The notes: generated by a model not told the origin, from the sequence alone. Shown: positions 50,237-59,953, numbered from the stretch's first letter. The stretch: DNA of 64,000 bases from Treponema sp. (GCA_031279555.1 JAITIK010000005.1:1464-65463); one strand, 5' to 3'. Made by a program: numbers and translations.

Positions 50237-51490
50237 GTGAGCGATGAAGATTTTGGGGAAGCGCCTGAAAAACGCGGAAAATCCGACAAGCATTCCAAGG
50301 TAGTGTCGCCAGCGCCGGCTTCACAGGAAGAGAAGGAGAAAGCGCTAGAAGCGGCAAGGCTCCAGATAGAAAAACAATTCGGCGTTGGCTCCATTATGAA
50401 GCTAGGCGATCATAACAACGCCGCCGGCATTGAGGTGATCCCTTCGGGTTCCATCCTTTTAGACGAGGCGCTCGGCATAGGCGGTTATCCGCGGGGCAGA
50501 ATCATTGAAATCTACGGGCCAGAGTCTTCGGGCAAGACGACGTTGGCTTTACACTGTATCGCCGAAGCGCAGAAACTCGGCGGCACTGCGGCTTTTATTG
50601 ACGCGGAACATGCGCTCGATCCGGTTTACGCCAAAAACCTCGGCGTCAACATCGAGAATTTATGGGTTTCCCAGCCTGACAACGGGGAACAGGCCCTTGA
50701 AATAGCGGAAAACCTTGTCCGTTCCGGCGCGGTTGACGTTATCGTTGTGGATTCTGTCGCGGCGTTGACGCCTCAGGCGGAAATTGAGGGTGAAATGGGC
50801 GATGCGCACATGGGGCTTCAGGCGCGCCTTATGAGCCAGGCGCTACGCAAACTCACGTCCATCATCGGAAAATCACGTACGCTCCTCATCTTCATCAACC
50901 AAATCCGCATGAAGATAGGCGTGATGTTCGGCAACCCGGAAACGACTACGGGAGGCAATGCGCTGAAGTTCTACGCTTCAGTCAGGATTGACGTACGCAA
51001 AACCGACACCATTGAGGGGGGAAAGGACGCCAACGCCATAGGCAACCGCGTACGGGTCAAGGTGGTGAAAAACAAAGTCGCGCCTCCTTTCAGGAAGGTG
51101 GAGTTTGAGATCATGTTCGGCAAGGGCATTTCAGCGGCCGGAAGCGTATTGGATGCGGCTGTGAAGTATGAGATCATCGACAAGAAGGGCGCATGGTATT
51201 CCTACGGCGAGGAAAAGATAGCGCAGGGCAAGGAAGCCGCAAAAGCCTACCTTGAAGATCGACCCGGTTTTATGGTTGAACTTGAGGAAAGACTGCGGAA
51301 AATCATGTTTCCAGACAGAGAATTCCCGAAAGCGGCTCCGCAAACGGCGGCGGCTGGCGAACCGGCGAAAACCGGGGACGCCAGCCTGCTCAAGAAAGCC
51401 CGTTCACGAAAATCAACAGCGGCAGCCGTTGTGCCTGAGCTTCCGATAACCGACGAAGCGGTTAAAGCGACGGCGGAACCCACGTCCTAA
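50237..51490 (+). CDS. recA: Recombinase RecA (with N- and C-terminal extensions)
   Basis: [25 protein letters not shown], Walker [10 protein letters not shown], and the L1/L2 regions. GTG start 6 nt after GAGGGGGG. Confidence 0.95.
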   Translation: MSDEDFGEAPEKRGKSDKHSKVVSPAPASQEEKEKALEAARLQIEKQFGVGSIMKLGDHNNAAGIEVIPSGSILLDEALGIGGYPRGRIIEIYGPESSGKTTLALHCIAEAQKLGGTAAFIDAEHALDPVYAKNLGVNIENLWVSQPDNGEQALEIAENLVRSGAVDVIVVDSVAALTPQAEIEGEMGDAHMGLQARLMSQALRKLTSIIGKSRTLLIFINQIRMKIGVMFGNPETTTGGNALKFYASVRIDVRKTDTIEGGKDANAIGNRVRVKVVKNKVAPPFRKVEFEIMFGKGISAAGSVLDAAVKYEIIDKKGAWYSYGEEKIAQGKEAAKAYLEDRPGFMVELEERLRKIMFPDREFPKAAPQTAAAGEPAKTGDASLLKKARSRKSTAAAVVPELPITDEAVKATAEPTS

Positions 51491-51499
51491 CCGCCCTCA

Positions 51500-52000
51500 A
51501 TGGCGCCTTTAGTTGTTTTGGGACTTGGCTCAAACAAAGCGTACAAACGGGTTGACGGGCGTGTACAAACGCCCCGTGAACTCTTGGAAGAAGGATCGCG
51601 CAAATTGAGCGGCGTACTTTCAGATTTGCGCGCCGCGCCCATGTTTGAAACTGAGCCGCTCCACGTTGCGGATCAACCGCGCTTTCTCAATACGGCGGTC
51701 TGTGGCAGGTATGAGGGCGCGCCGCGTGAGTTGTTGTCCATTATCCATGACATTGAGGCGTCGTGCGGGCGGAACCGCGCGGAAGAGCGCCGATTCGGGG
51801 AGCGAACGCTAGACATCGACATACTGTTGTTCGGCGTGGTTGTCATGTCGGAGCCGGATTTGGAGATACCGCATCCGCGGCTTGCGGAGCGAGCCTTTGC
51901 TCTCATTCCGCTTCTCGCCCTTCTTCCTAATGCAAAAGACCCGCGTTCAGGCGTATCGTACCGCGATATTCTAGAAAAGGCGGGGTTGCCATGCGAATAG
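51500..52000 (+). CDS. folK: 2-amino-4-hydroxy-6-hydroxymethyldihydropteridine diphosphokinase
   Basis: VVLGLGSN..PRFLNTAV..RFGERTLDIDILLFG..LEIPHPRLAERAFALIPL, the classic HPPK blocks. Confidence 0.85.
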   Translation: MAPLVVLGLGSNKAYKRVDGRVQTPRELLEEGSRKLSGVLSDLRAAPMFETEPLHVADQPRFLNTAVCGRYEGAPRELLSIIHDIEASCGRNRAEERRFGERTLDIDILLFGVVVMSEPDLEIPHPRLAERAFALIPLLALLPNAKDPRSGVSYRDILEKAGLPCE

Positions 52001-54153
52001 GTCTCTTCCTCAACAATTTAGATGAAGAATACCAGCGTTCCGTGTATAGCGGGGTGCGGACGCAAGCTGAAGAGATGGGCATTGATCTCATTTGCATACA
52101 AAGCGAAAGCGTAAACACCGACTCCCTGTTTATTTCGCTTGATTTCATTGGCGTGGACGGCGTACTGATCCTTTCCTCGGTGCTGATGACGAAAGAAGGC
52201 TTTCAGGAATCCTCCAAAACTCGCGCGCGGTTGCACCAGTTTTTGGAAGATATTCCGGCGGTGTCCATAGGACAAGAACTGTCCTCCGCCTCAACCGGTT
52301 CGCCTCGCAATTACCCCTCGATAGTCGTTAAAAACGAAGAATCCATGAAGAGCCTGATGTACCATCTGATATTGGTTCACGGCTACCGGAAATTTTTATA
52401 CATAGGAGGACCGGCGTCTCACATGGACAACGCCGTCAGAGAAGCGGTGTTTAAGGCTTCAGTTGAAGCGTACGGAGGGACGTACCGCATCATAAACGGG
52501 GGATTTCATACGGCGTCCGGAAGAGACATCATACGTGACTATATAAACAGCAACCAAAATGATCCGCCTGATGCGATAATCGCGGCGAACGACAACATGG
52601 CGCTCGGCGTACTGGAAGTGATCCATGAAAAAAAGAACGAATATGGAGAAATGGGGAAAAAATGGGGGCGGTGCGCGGTTACCGGTTTTGATGACATTTC
52701 GCTTGCCCGCATGGACGCTGCGGCTCTTACCACGGTGCATCAACCCCTGCATGAGATGGGGCGGGAGGCGGTGCGGACGCTCAAAAATGTCATTGAAAAA
52801 AAAGAGGTCAAGCCGTTGGCCGTCATAGAATCCGAAGTGAAAATACGCAATTCCTGCGGGTGCGCCGGTTACGTCGACGACACGCGATACGGAACATCGC
52901 TTTCCGAAGTGCGGAACAATTTTATGTATTTGGAAAATTACATGCAGAACGTGAGCTACTTGGGGCAAAGGCTCATCACCGCGGAATCGATACGCGAGAT
53001 CATTCCCAATCTGCAATATTTTTTAACCGGCATAAATGTTTCTATGTTTTATCTTTTTCTGTATCCCGAATTTATGCCTAATCCCGGAGACAGCGGGCTG
53101 TTGTTGTATCAATACGCGCACAATGTTGATACGTTTTATGAAAAGGCGAAAAATGTCAAATTTTACGATTTTTTTCATACCATCGTTCCGGACGCCGACA
53201 ACGAACCGCCTCATGCATGGTGCCTCTATCATCTGCGGTCGGGCGCCGAATATCTTGGACTCATTGTATACGAAGCGCCGGATGCCATGCATCCGCTCAT
53301 GTGCAGCGCGGCGTTGTTTATTGCAAATTCGGTCAAGCGGCTTAAAAACTTTGAATACGAGAAGGAGTACACACGGCAGCTTGAAAAAGAAGTGGCGCTT
53401 CGTACTCAGGATATTGTGGCTACGAACAAAAAACTTGAGGAAGAGGCGAAACGCCGTATCGCTGTGGAAGCCGAGGTGTTGCGTATCAGCGAAATGGAAC
53501 GCCTCCGCTTCAGCATGGACCTGCACGACGACATCTGCCAGCGGCTGGCGGGCATTTCCATGCTGTGCCGGGGGCTTGCCAGCGGCGTGAGCCCCAAAAC
53601 CCTTCTGCCCGATCTGTCTGAAATGATAGACGAAACCCTTGTACGGACACGGCGTTACGCGCGCGAATCTTTTCCGGTGGAGCTTGATTCACTCGGCTTA
53701 AACGACGCGCTGGATGCGCTTTGCAACAGCTTCAACAAGCAGGAGGGGTGCGAATGCGTCTATTCGTGGCGGGGCCCAACCGCTTCGCCGCTTAACCATG
53801 CCCAAGACATCAACGTGTACCGCATCATTCAGGAAGCGCTCACCAATGTTACGAAACATGCGAACGCTTCCATTGTTGAAGTCGCCTTGGTTAACGATGA
53901 GACGCAATTGAGTATTACAATAAAAGACAACGGCAAAGGCGATTCCCGCCTTAACTGCGGACAGCCGCCCCAGCCGGCTCAGAGAAGGCGGCGCGAGGGG
54001 CTTGGGCTGCGTTCCATGCAGTACCGCGCCCATCAGTTAAATGCGACGTATATGATTACATCTTCGGAGCGTCAGGGAACGCTGATCGAGGTGCGAATAC
54101 CGTTTCACAAGGAATATCTTCCAAAAACTGAAATTTTTAAAAAGCCTCTCTAA
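51991..54153 (+). CDS. Cytoplasmic sensor histidine kinase: LacI/RbsB-type sugar-binding domain fused to HisKA_3 + HATPase_c
   Basis: The N-terminal 300 aa resemble a periplasmic-binding-protein type 1 fold without an HTH (RIGLFLNNLDEEYQ..AIIAANDNMALGVLE..VTGFDD). The C-terminal part has RFSMDLHDDICQRLAGI (HisKA_3 H-box), EALTNVTKHANAS and GLGLRSMQYR. No hydrophobic TM segment is evident. Confidence 0.8.
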   Translation: MRIGLFLNNLDEEYQRSVYSGVRTQAEEMGIDLICIQSESVNTDSLFISLDFIGVDGVLILSSVLMTKEGFQESSKTRARLHQFLEDIPAVSIGQELSSASTGSPRNYPSIVVKNEESMKSLMYHLILVHGYRKFLYIGGPASHMDNAVREAVFKASVEAYGGTYRIINGGFHTASGRDIIRDYINSNQNDPPDAIIAANDNMALGVLEVIHEKKNEYGEMGKKWGRCAVTGFDDISLARMDAAALTTVHQPLHEMGREAVRTLKNVIEKKEVKPLAVIESEVKIRNSCGCAGYVDDTRYGTSLSEVRNNFMYLENYMQNVSYLGQRLITAESIREIIPNLQYFLTGINVSMFYLFLYPEFMPNPGDSGLLLYQYAHNVDTFYEKAKNVKFYDFFHTIVPDADNEPPHAWCLYHLRSGAEYLGLIVYEAPDAMHPLMCSAALFIANSVKRLKNFEYEKEYTRQLEKEVALRTQDIVATNKKLEEEAKRRIAVEAEVLRISEMERLRFSMDLHDDICQRLAGISMLCRGLASGVSPKTLLPDLSEMIDETLVRTRRYARESFPVELDSLGLNDALDALCNSFNKQEGCECVYSWRGPTASPLNHAQDINVYRIIQEALTNVTKHANASIVEVALVNDETQLSITIKDNGKGDSRLNCGQPPQPAQRRRREGLGLRSMQYRAHQLNATYMITSSERQGTLIEVRIPFHKEYLPKTEIFKKPL

Positions 54154-54261
54154 AAAGCATCCGCCATGCGTCCAGATGCTGCGGGCTGCAATCTTTAGAA
54201 AAGTTCTAAATACAACATAAACTTCTTGACGTGACGCATAAAACGTTTTATACTATATCCA

Positions 54262-55086
54262 ATGATAACGAGTCAAAAAATCACCAGTTATTATGACAGG
54301 TTCAAAAATATTGAAGTTACTTTCACAAAAGATCTCGTTCAGGTTGCCGGTCTTATTACACAGGAAGTGTACCTGAAATGTGGGAGTGACGTCTGTCCTT
54401 GTATCATCTATTCGGCTTCTTTTGAACATGCAAAAATAGTGGCGAGCGTTAAAAGCGATCTCCTGAAAAAATTGGAAGAAGCGAACAACACGGTGAGCCT
54501 GAGATGGTGTTTCAAGAATCCTGACGGTGGAAGTCCGGTCGCTTTTTTTATAACAGCGCGCTCGGTCGGGTTTTCCCCCTATGGCAAGTCAGAAGACGTG
54601 GCCTTGTTTACCATTCAATTCACCCAAAGGCCGCCGGATAATCTTATTGAAATCATGGGAAGAATTCTGGACGCCAACTTCAATTTCGCCAAACGGAAAG
54701 AGGAGCGCATCATTATCACTACGGACAGCCAGAGAAGACTGAATGTGTTTGCAAAAGAGAGTACCGTCTTTATTGAAAAAGTCCCTAGGCATTGTATTTT
54801 GAGGGATATCTCTTTTTCCGGAGCAAAAATCATCATGATGGGCGTCGCCAAATTCCTTCTGAACAAGATCATCGCCTTACGGGTTGATTTTGACGAGCCG
54901 AGGGAAAGTTTTTTGATAAGAGGACAATTCGTACGGTCGGAATTGGTGGAAGGCAGAAAAGATCTGGTCGCTCTTGCCATACGATTTGAAGAAAGCCTGA
55001 TTCCCTTAGGTTATAAAATACGGATCAACGAATATTTGAGCCAAGTACGCCTTGAAATAGCGCCCGAAATAAATGCAACAAACTAG
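54262..55086 (+). CDS. PilZ-domain c-di-GMP receptor (PlzA-like two-domain protein)
   Basis: The C-terminal PilZ motifs are RKEER (RxxxR) and DISFSG (DxSxxG). The N-terminal domain has a similar length, as in spirochaetal PlzA-type proteins. Confidence 0.7.
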   Translation: MITSQKITSYYDRFKNIEVTFTKDLVQVAGLITQEVYLKCGSDVCPCIIYSASFEHAKIVASVKSDLLKKLEEANNTVSLRWCFKNPDGGSPVAFFITARSVGFSPYGKSEDVALFTIQFTQRPPDNLIEIMGRILDANFNFAKRKEERIIITTDSQRRLNVFAKESTVFIEKVPRHCILRDISFSGAKIIMMGVAKFLLNKIIALRVDFDEPRESFLIRGQFVRSELVEGRKDLVALAIRFEESLIPLGYKIRINEYLSQVRLEIAPEINATN

Positions 55087-55972
55087 TGAAAGCCGTATTG
55101 TATTCATACAAGCGTCCGATATTCTGTCACATTCTTCTCATCATGAGTATAGCGCTATACTAGACGCGGCTATACCGGTGCCGGTGGAACTGCCGGCGGG
55201 TGAAGAATTGCCCGCTGATATTTCCGAAGAAATGGCGCTTTCCGGCATGTTGCGCTTGCTTGCCGCAGAGCCGGAGCATCAAAACGCGGCGTACTACCGC
55301 TATTGCATCCTTGCCGCCAGACCCAACATCCTTGATGAATTGACCTATGCGGCAATGATGAAAGCTGAGAATGGGGATTTTAGCTTGGCAATCGAGACGC
55401 TCGACGCCCTTAAAGGGCTTTTTCCCTATTCATCCAAACTTCTTGCATGCAAAAAGGCCGTTCTCAAAAAAAAAGAAGCGGCGGCGATTCCGGCGGCGCT
55501 TGACGCCAGCGCGTTTTTTACTCAAGCATACCACAATATAAACAACGGAGACATTGACGAAGGCTTAACCGCCATCCACGCCTTCCTTGAAAAAAATCCC
55601 CATGTATGGAACGCTTGGTTCCTTTTAGGCTGGGGGCTGCGAAAGGCGTCCCGATACGAGGAAGCCGAGTCCGTATTCCGTACGGCAATGGAAAAGGGCG
55701 GCGCAAACGCCGACACCTGCAACGAGCTTGCCATTTGTCTTATGGAAAAAGGCGATCTGAAAGGAGCGCGCAAAGAACTTGAAGCCGCGCTTCACGCCGA
55801 ACCGGAAAATGTCAAAGTCATTTCGAATCTCGGCGTACTTGCTCTCAAAATGGGTGATGAAATCCAAGCGTCTGGATTCTTCCGCGCCGTTTTGGAAATC
55901 GATCCAAACGACGCGATAGCTAGAGACGCTCTGGACAGAATAACGGGCGCTGTTGAAGCTGGAAAAAAATGA
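55073..55972 (+). CDS. TPR-repeat protein
   Basis: Repeated 34-aa helical units (e.g. YEEAESVFRTAMEKGGANADTCNELAICLMEKGDLKGARKELEAALHAEPEN). 14-nt overlap with the PilZ gene. Confidence 0.7.
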   Translation: MQQTSESRIVFIQASDILSHSSHHEYSAILDAAIPVPVELPAGEELPADISEEMALSGMLRLLAAEPEHQNAAYYRYCILAARPNILDELTYAAMMKAENGDFSLAIETLDALKGLFPYSSKLLACKKAVLKKKEAAAIPAALDASAFFTQAYHNINNGDIDEGLTAIHAFLEKNPHVWNAWFLLGWGLRKASRYEEAESVFRTAMEKGGANADTCNELAICLMEKGDLKGARKELEAALHAEPENVKVISNLGVLALKMGDEIQASGFFRAVLEIDPNDAIARDALDRITGAVEAGKK

Positions 55973-55976
55973 ACCC

Positions 55977-56720
55977 ATGATGCGCGGACTCCTAAAAAAA
56001 GGTTTGCTTCTGCTGCGGGAAAACGGCGTGGAAATTCCCGGTTGCGTTCTTGATGAGGATATCGACCGCATCCTTGACGCATTGGAACGGTACATCGCCG
56101 AGATAGAACTGTTCAATCCCGCTTATAAATTGGTTGGAACCAGCGACCGGAAAGAACTCATCATCAAACATATACTCGACTCGCTGAGCGGGGTCGGCGT
56201 CATAAACCGCTTCGCGTCTTTACGCGCCGCGCATTCATGCGCCGGAATCAAGGTCAATATCGCGGATGCGGGATCCGGCGCGGGATTGCCCGGCATTCCG
56301 CTTGCCTTAAGCATGCCCCGCTGTCATTTCACTTTAATCGAACGCATGGGGCGCCGCGCCGGCTTTTTGCACAATACGCTTGCGGCGCTTGGCGTACAAA
56401 ACGCAACCGTTGAGGAACAAGAAATTGAAAAAGCCGCGCCCAACCGGTTCAACATCATCACATTCAGGGCTTTCAAACCGCTTGACAGGCATACGCTCAA
56501 GAGCCTCTTCCGCCTTCTCACGCCGGATGGCGTTTTGACAGCCTACAAGGGCAGAAAAAATGCGATTGAAAAGGAAATCGCTCTGTTGAAGGCGTCGTTT
56601 AAAATCTCACCCTTTCGTGAGAGCGAAGCGGTTGCAGGTTGGGAGACAATCCGCGTATTCACGCCGTTTTTGGAAGAAGAGCGGCATATTGTGGTCATAC
56701 CGCGCGGAAGCGCGCCATGA
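55977..56720 (+). CDS. rsmG: 16S rRNA (guanine527-N7)-methyltransferase RsmG/GidB
   Basis: ..IKHILDSL.., SAM motif ADAGSGAGLPGIPLAL, LIERMGRRAGFL. ATG 55977 is preferred over the TTG at 55953. Confidence 0.85.
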   Translation: MMRGLLKKGLLLLRENGVEIPGCVLDEDIDRILDALERYIAEIELFNPAYKLVGTSDRKELIIKHILDSLSGVGVINRFASLRAAHSCAGIKVNIADAGSGAGLPGIPLALSMPRCHFTLIERMGRRAGFLHNTLAALGVQNATVEEQEIEKAAPNRFNIITFRAFKPLDRHTLKSLFRLLTPDGVLTAYKGRKNAIEKEIALLKASFKISPFRESEAVAGWETIRVFTPFLEEERHIVVIPRGSAP

Positions 56721-56765
56721 GCGCATGAGTGTGCGACGCCAGCTTTGCAAGCGAGGGCGCCCGCC

Positions 56766-56975
56766 TGTGGATAACATGTGTATGCATACGGGAAAAAAAA
56801 TAAATGCGCGTTCGCATAACCATTATAACCATACAATATATAAAGTTATATGAAATACGCCAAATAATTGCTTATATAGGAATAAGTTAGAAAAGCATGT
56901 CAACGCATGTTCAGGCAAGTTGTCCACAAACAGCCGCAAATGGGCTCGCGCTGTCAAAAAACAACCTGTGTATAA
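56766..56975. promoter_or_regulatory. DnaA-box-like cluster flanking an AT-rich stretch
   Basis: TGTGGATAA (56766-56774) is a perfect complement of TTATCCACA. TTGTCCACA (56920-56928) and TGTGTATAA (56967-56975) each have one mismatch. About 100 nt of AT-rich DNA lie between the outer boxes. Confidence 0.35.
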
Positions 56976-57022
56976 CATGTGAAATATTGTGCAAACAGCA
57001 TATTTCCGCACACAACACAGGG

Positions 57023-57607
57023 CTATAACTCCTCGAAACCGCCGTCAATATCCAACATGTCAGGGATTACGTAGGCTATACCGCCGGTCTTTTTCACCCG
57101 CATCTCGACATAACCCTTGGAAACCATGTCGTCAAGTTCTTTTTTAGCCTGATCCAAGGATATGCCTGCGGATAAAGCTACATCTCCCGGAGACAAAATG
57201 CCGTGGTTCTGTTTCGCCGCCTTCAGAATGGCATGTTCAACGCTGTCCACCCGCCTGGCATTTCTGGAGGAATGCCTCGCGCCAAAAACGCCGTCTACAA
57301 ATCCGCCAGCATAGGCCGCCTCGCGGCGTCTGTCGTTTACGAAACGGCTGCCTAAACGCCTCCCCTCTTCATACGCATCCAGAGACGCGCTGTTCCTATA
57401 GCCGTCTAACAGCGCCCGTTCCATATTAGCCTTCCGCACCTGTCCGCCTAATGTAAAAAAATCGTAAATGGAACCCACCATACATAGGCCGCCGGTGAAC
57501 ATCCACAAGAGGCCGCTGGGTATCTTTCCCAAATAAAAACGGTGCAATCCCAATGCGCCGCAACCTGAAATCAGCCATAAAAGGTATGCGATGCCCACGC
57601 TATACAT
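57023..57607 (-). CDS. TM2-domain membrane protein with C-terminal winged-helix-like domain
   Basis: N-terminal TM2 domain: YLLWLISGCGALGLHRFYLGKIPSGLLWMFTGGLCMVGSIYDF. The soluble C-terminal half is helical. Confidence 0.8.
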   Translation of the reverse strand: MYSVGIAYLLWLISGCGALGLHRFYLGKIPSGLLWMFTGGLCMVGSIYDFFTLGGQVRKANMERALLDGYRNSASLDAYEEGRRLGSRFVNDRRREAAYAGGFVDGVFGARHSSRNARRVDSVEHAILKAAKQNHGILSPGDVALSAGISLDQAKKELDDMVSKGYVEMRVKKTGGIAYVIPDMLDIDGGFEEL

Positions 57608-57640
57608 AAAGCCCTCTCCAAAAAAAAATTCTTTTATAAG

Positions 57641-57673
57641 GCGGTTCCAAAACTGGAGTTTTGGCCGCTTTTT
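57641..57673. repeat. Hairpin repeat family, mini copy 13
   Basis: GCGGTTCCAAAACTGGAGTTTTGGCCGC followed by TTTTT. Confidence 0.55.
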
Positions 57674-57728
57674 ACCCGTGGAGAAAATCGCGCAAGCTAT
57701 AAGCGCTTAATTTATAAAGAATTATCAA

Positions 57729-57788
57729 TTTTCTCCTAAAGCCTGTTCCAAAACGCGAACTTGCGTTCGGGTTTTGGAACAGGCTTTC
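57729..57788. repeat. Hairpin repeat family, copy 14 (best hairpin)
   Basis: TTTTCTCCTAAAGCCTGTTCCAAAACGCGAACTTGCGTTCGGGTTTTGGAACAGGCTTTC. The two 22-nt arms differ at one position. Confidence 0.85.
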
Positions 57789-57850
57789 ATAATAAACTAA
57801 ATGACAAAGGAAAGTCAATAGACCCCTTCCCTTTTCCTCAATTTGCCGTT

Positions 57851-59953
57851 ATGCTAATAGCTGTGTCTACACGACGCCTTTTCTTGGCATTGACGCTCGC
57901 GCTTCCATTTTTAACCTATGCGCAGGAACATACGGTTTACTCGCTGGAAACGGCGCAGCGTCGCGCGCTCGCGCAACGATTGGCCGAAAGGCATATTCCA
58001 TTTGAGGAGCGGGAGCTTTTTTCCAAATACGGCGGATTCGGCTCGTCAATACATATTTTTATACCCGTTGCGTCCCAGAATCCTCAGAAAACCGCGTTTG
58101 CGCTTGCGGTTCCATTAGCCGGAACTGACAGCTTCGCCTTTGAGGTCGCGCTTGACTTTGCCGAAGCGGCGTACGCAAACGCCCGGAGTCTGCCGATTGA
58201 CGTCAGGATAGCGTTTTTGGGAGACGAGGCGTCTTCTCTGCCTTCCGATATGAGGAAAACCACCCACATCGGTTTGCAGGATCTGTACGATCTGCTTCCC
58301 TACCCTGAACAAACGGCGCTCTGGTACCTCTCTATGGAAAACAAACCGCAAAAATTAAACTTCGTACAAGGAGCGTCCGGTGTTGTCACTCCGCTTCAAA
58401 TGCTTCAAAATCTGCCGGCGCTGTGCCAACAATATGGCATACCCTATGGCTTCCCCATGACTAACAACGAACTCTTTCACTTAAAGCTGGCTGACGGTCC
58501 AGATGTCTATGCGTTTTCCAAAACGCGGGAAATCAACACGCTTGTCATTACAGACGCGAAAGACGACGGGGCGTCCGTGGATATGCCGGATGCGTCTGTT
58601 TTTGCCGATATGCTTCTTGAGTACGCGTCTCAACTCGATCTTTCTTCGGATCCAGACACCCATTACATGATGATCCCCAATACGGACGGGAAAATACGTT
58701 TCATTTCCGGGCTTGTCCTCATTATAGCCCTAATCATAGGCGGGGCGCTTCTCACAGCGTTTTTTCTGGCGCTGACCATGGCGTACAGGCGGCTCATGGC
58801 GCCACGATGGCATATCTTTTTTTGTTATTTCTGGATTATCCTGCTTAACCTCGCGTTGCTGGCTCTTGCGCTGGGACTGGCGCATTTATTGCTCTTCGCA
58901 ACGGTAAAAAATCTTTCGCTCAATAACATGTCGGCGTTTTTTTTCCTCACAGCCGGAGTGATCCTGTACGCATTGTTTTTTCTTATTATAGACGACATCG
59001 CCATACCGGGAGAATCGTACTTTTACGGATATGCGGCGATAACGGTAGGTTTGCTGGATATGCTCATCCTAATTTCCTTCAACACCGTTATGCTGCCGAT
59101 CTGTACTGGCGCGTTTGTATTCATCCTTATTGGCGCGTTGTGGAAAAACCCGATCATCTGCTATCTTGCGGGCGTTATGACGCCGCTTCAAGCCATCGCT
59201 TTCTTTTACAATCTGTTGAAAAGCGGCAACGGACGCTTTCTGGAGCTTCTCATGGATAAAAATATAGCGAATATTCTGGTAATTTCCGTTCTTCTCCTTC
59301 CGTCCTCGCTCATATTCCACCGGGGAAAAGCGCTTCTGAAAACCCTGAGAAAAAGGAAGGCGCCGATTAGTCGCCGGAAAACTGGTGTGTTCAATAGATC
59401 GCAAAAACCGGCGGGCTTTTTTATATACGTTGCCGCAACTATCATACTGCTCCTTGGCGCCACGCAGTTTCTGGTGTTTTACGCGCAAACGTCCCCGGAT
59501 TCCGTCGCGAGCGCACCGGCGCGGCGCATCATTGAGGAAAATGGCGACATGGACGAGACACTCAAAATTCACAGCCAGGAACGCCTCTTTTTAGCGCGCC
59601 GCATACTTGATGTGCGCATTGAGACCTCGCGGCGCCCTATACGATTCGACATGATGTTGCAAGGCGACGACGAACATGTCCCGCTTATCTATTCGGCTAC
59701 GTTTGAAAACAAATTCATGCCCTATCGGCTGGATGAAGAGCGGCAAAACACGCTGCTTTTCCTACTCGGCGAAAATCCGCCCGCTTCCTTCTCTTTTACG
59801 CTCGTAGTTTCGGCTGACTTTTCAGGGGCGCTGAACGTCACGGCTCTGTACAATTCCTATGACGCCGCCGCCGGCGATCAAGGCGAGCCTGAAACCGAAG
59901 CTTATATCCACGCCATATCAAAAAATGTCGGTATTGTGAATAATACTCGTTGA
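57851..59953 (+). CDS. Large polytopic membrane protein of unknown function
   Basis: ATG 57851 gives a signal-like MLIAVSTRRLFLALTLALPFLTYAQ. The layout is about 270 aa soluble, about 8 TM helices, then about 150 aa soluble. The track start at 57761 lies inside a repeat element. Confidence 0.65.
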   Translation: MLIAVSTRRLFLALTLALPFLTYAQEHTVYSLETAQRRALAQRLAERHIPFEERELFSKYGGFGSSIHIFIPVASQNPQKTAFALAVPLAGTDSFAFEVALDFAEAAYANARSLPIDVRIAFLGDEASSLPSDMRKTTHIGLQDLYDLLPYPEQTALWYLSMENKPQKLNFVQGASGVVTPLQMLQNLPALCQQYGIPYGFPMTNNELFHLKLADGPDVYAFSKTREINTLVITDAKDDGASVDMPDASVFADMLLEYASQLDLSSDPDTHYMMIPNTDGKIRFISGLVLIIALIIGGALLTAFFLALTMAYRRLMAPRWHIFFCYFWIILLNLALLALALGLAHLLLFATVKNLSLNNMSAFFFLTAGVILYALFFLIIDDIAIPGESYFYGYAAITVGLLDMLILISFNTVMLPICTGAFVFILIGALWKNPIICYLAGVMTPLQAIAFFYNLLKSGNGRFLELLMDKNIANILVISVLLLPSSLIFHRGKALLKTLRKRKAPISRRKTGVFNRSQKPAGFFIYVAATIILLLGATQFLVFYAQTSPDSVASAPARRIIEENGDMDETLKIHSQERLFLARRILDVRIETSRRPIRFDMMLQGDDEHVPLIYSATFENKFMPYRLDEERQNTLLFLLGENPPASFSFTLVVSADFSGALNVTALYNSYDAAAGDQGEPETEAYIHAISKNVGIVNNTR

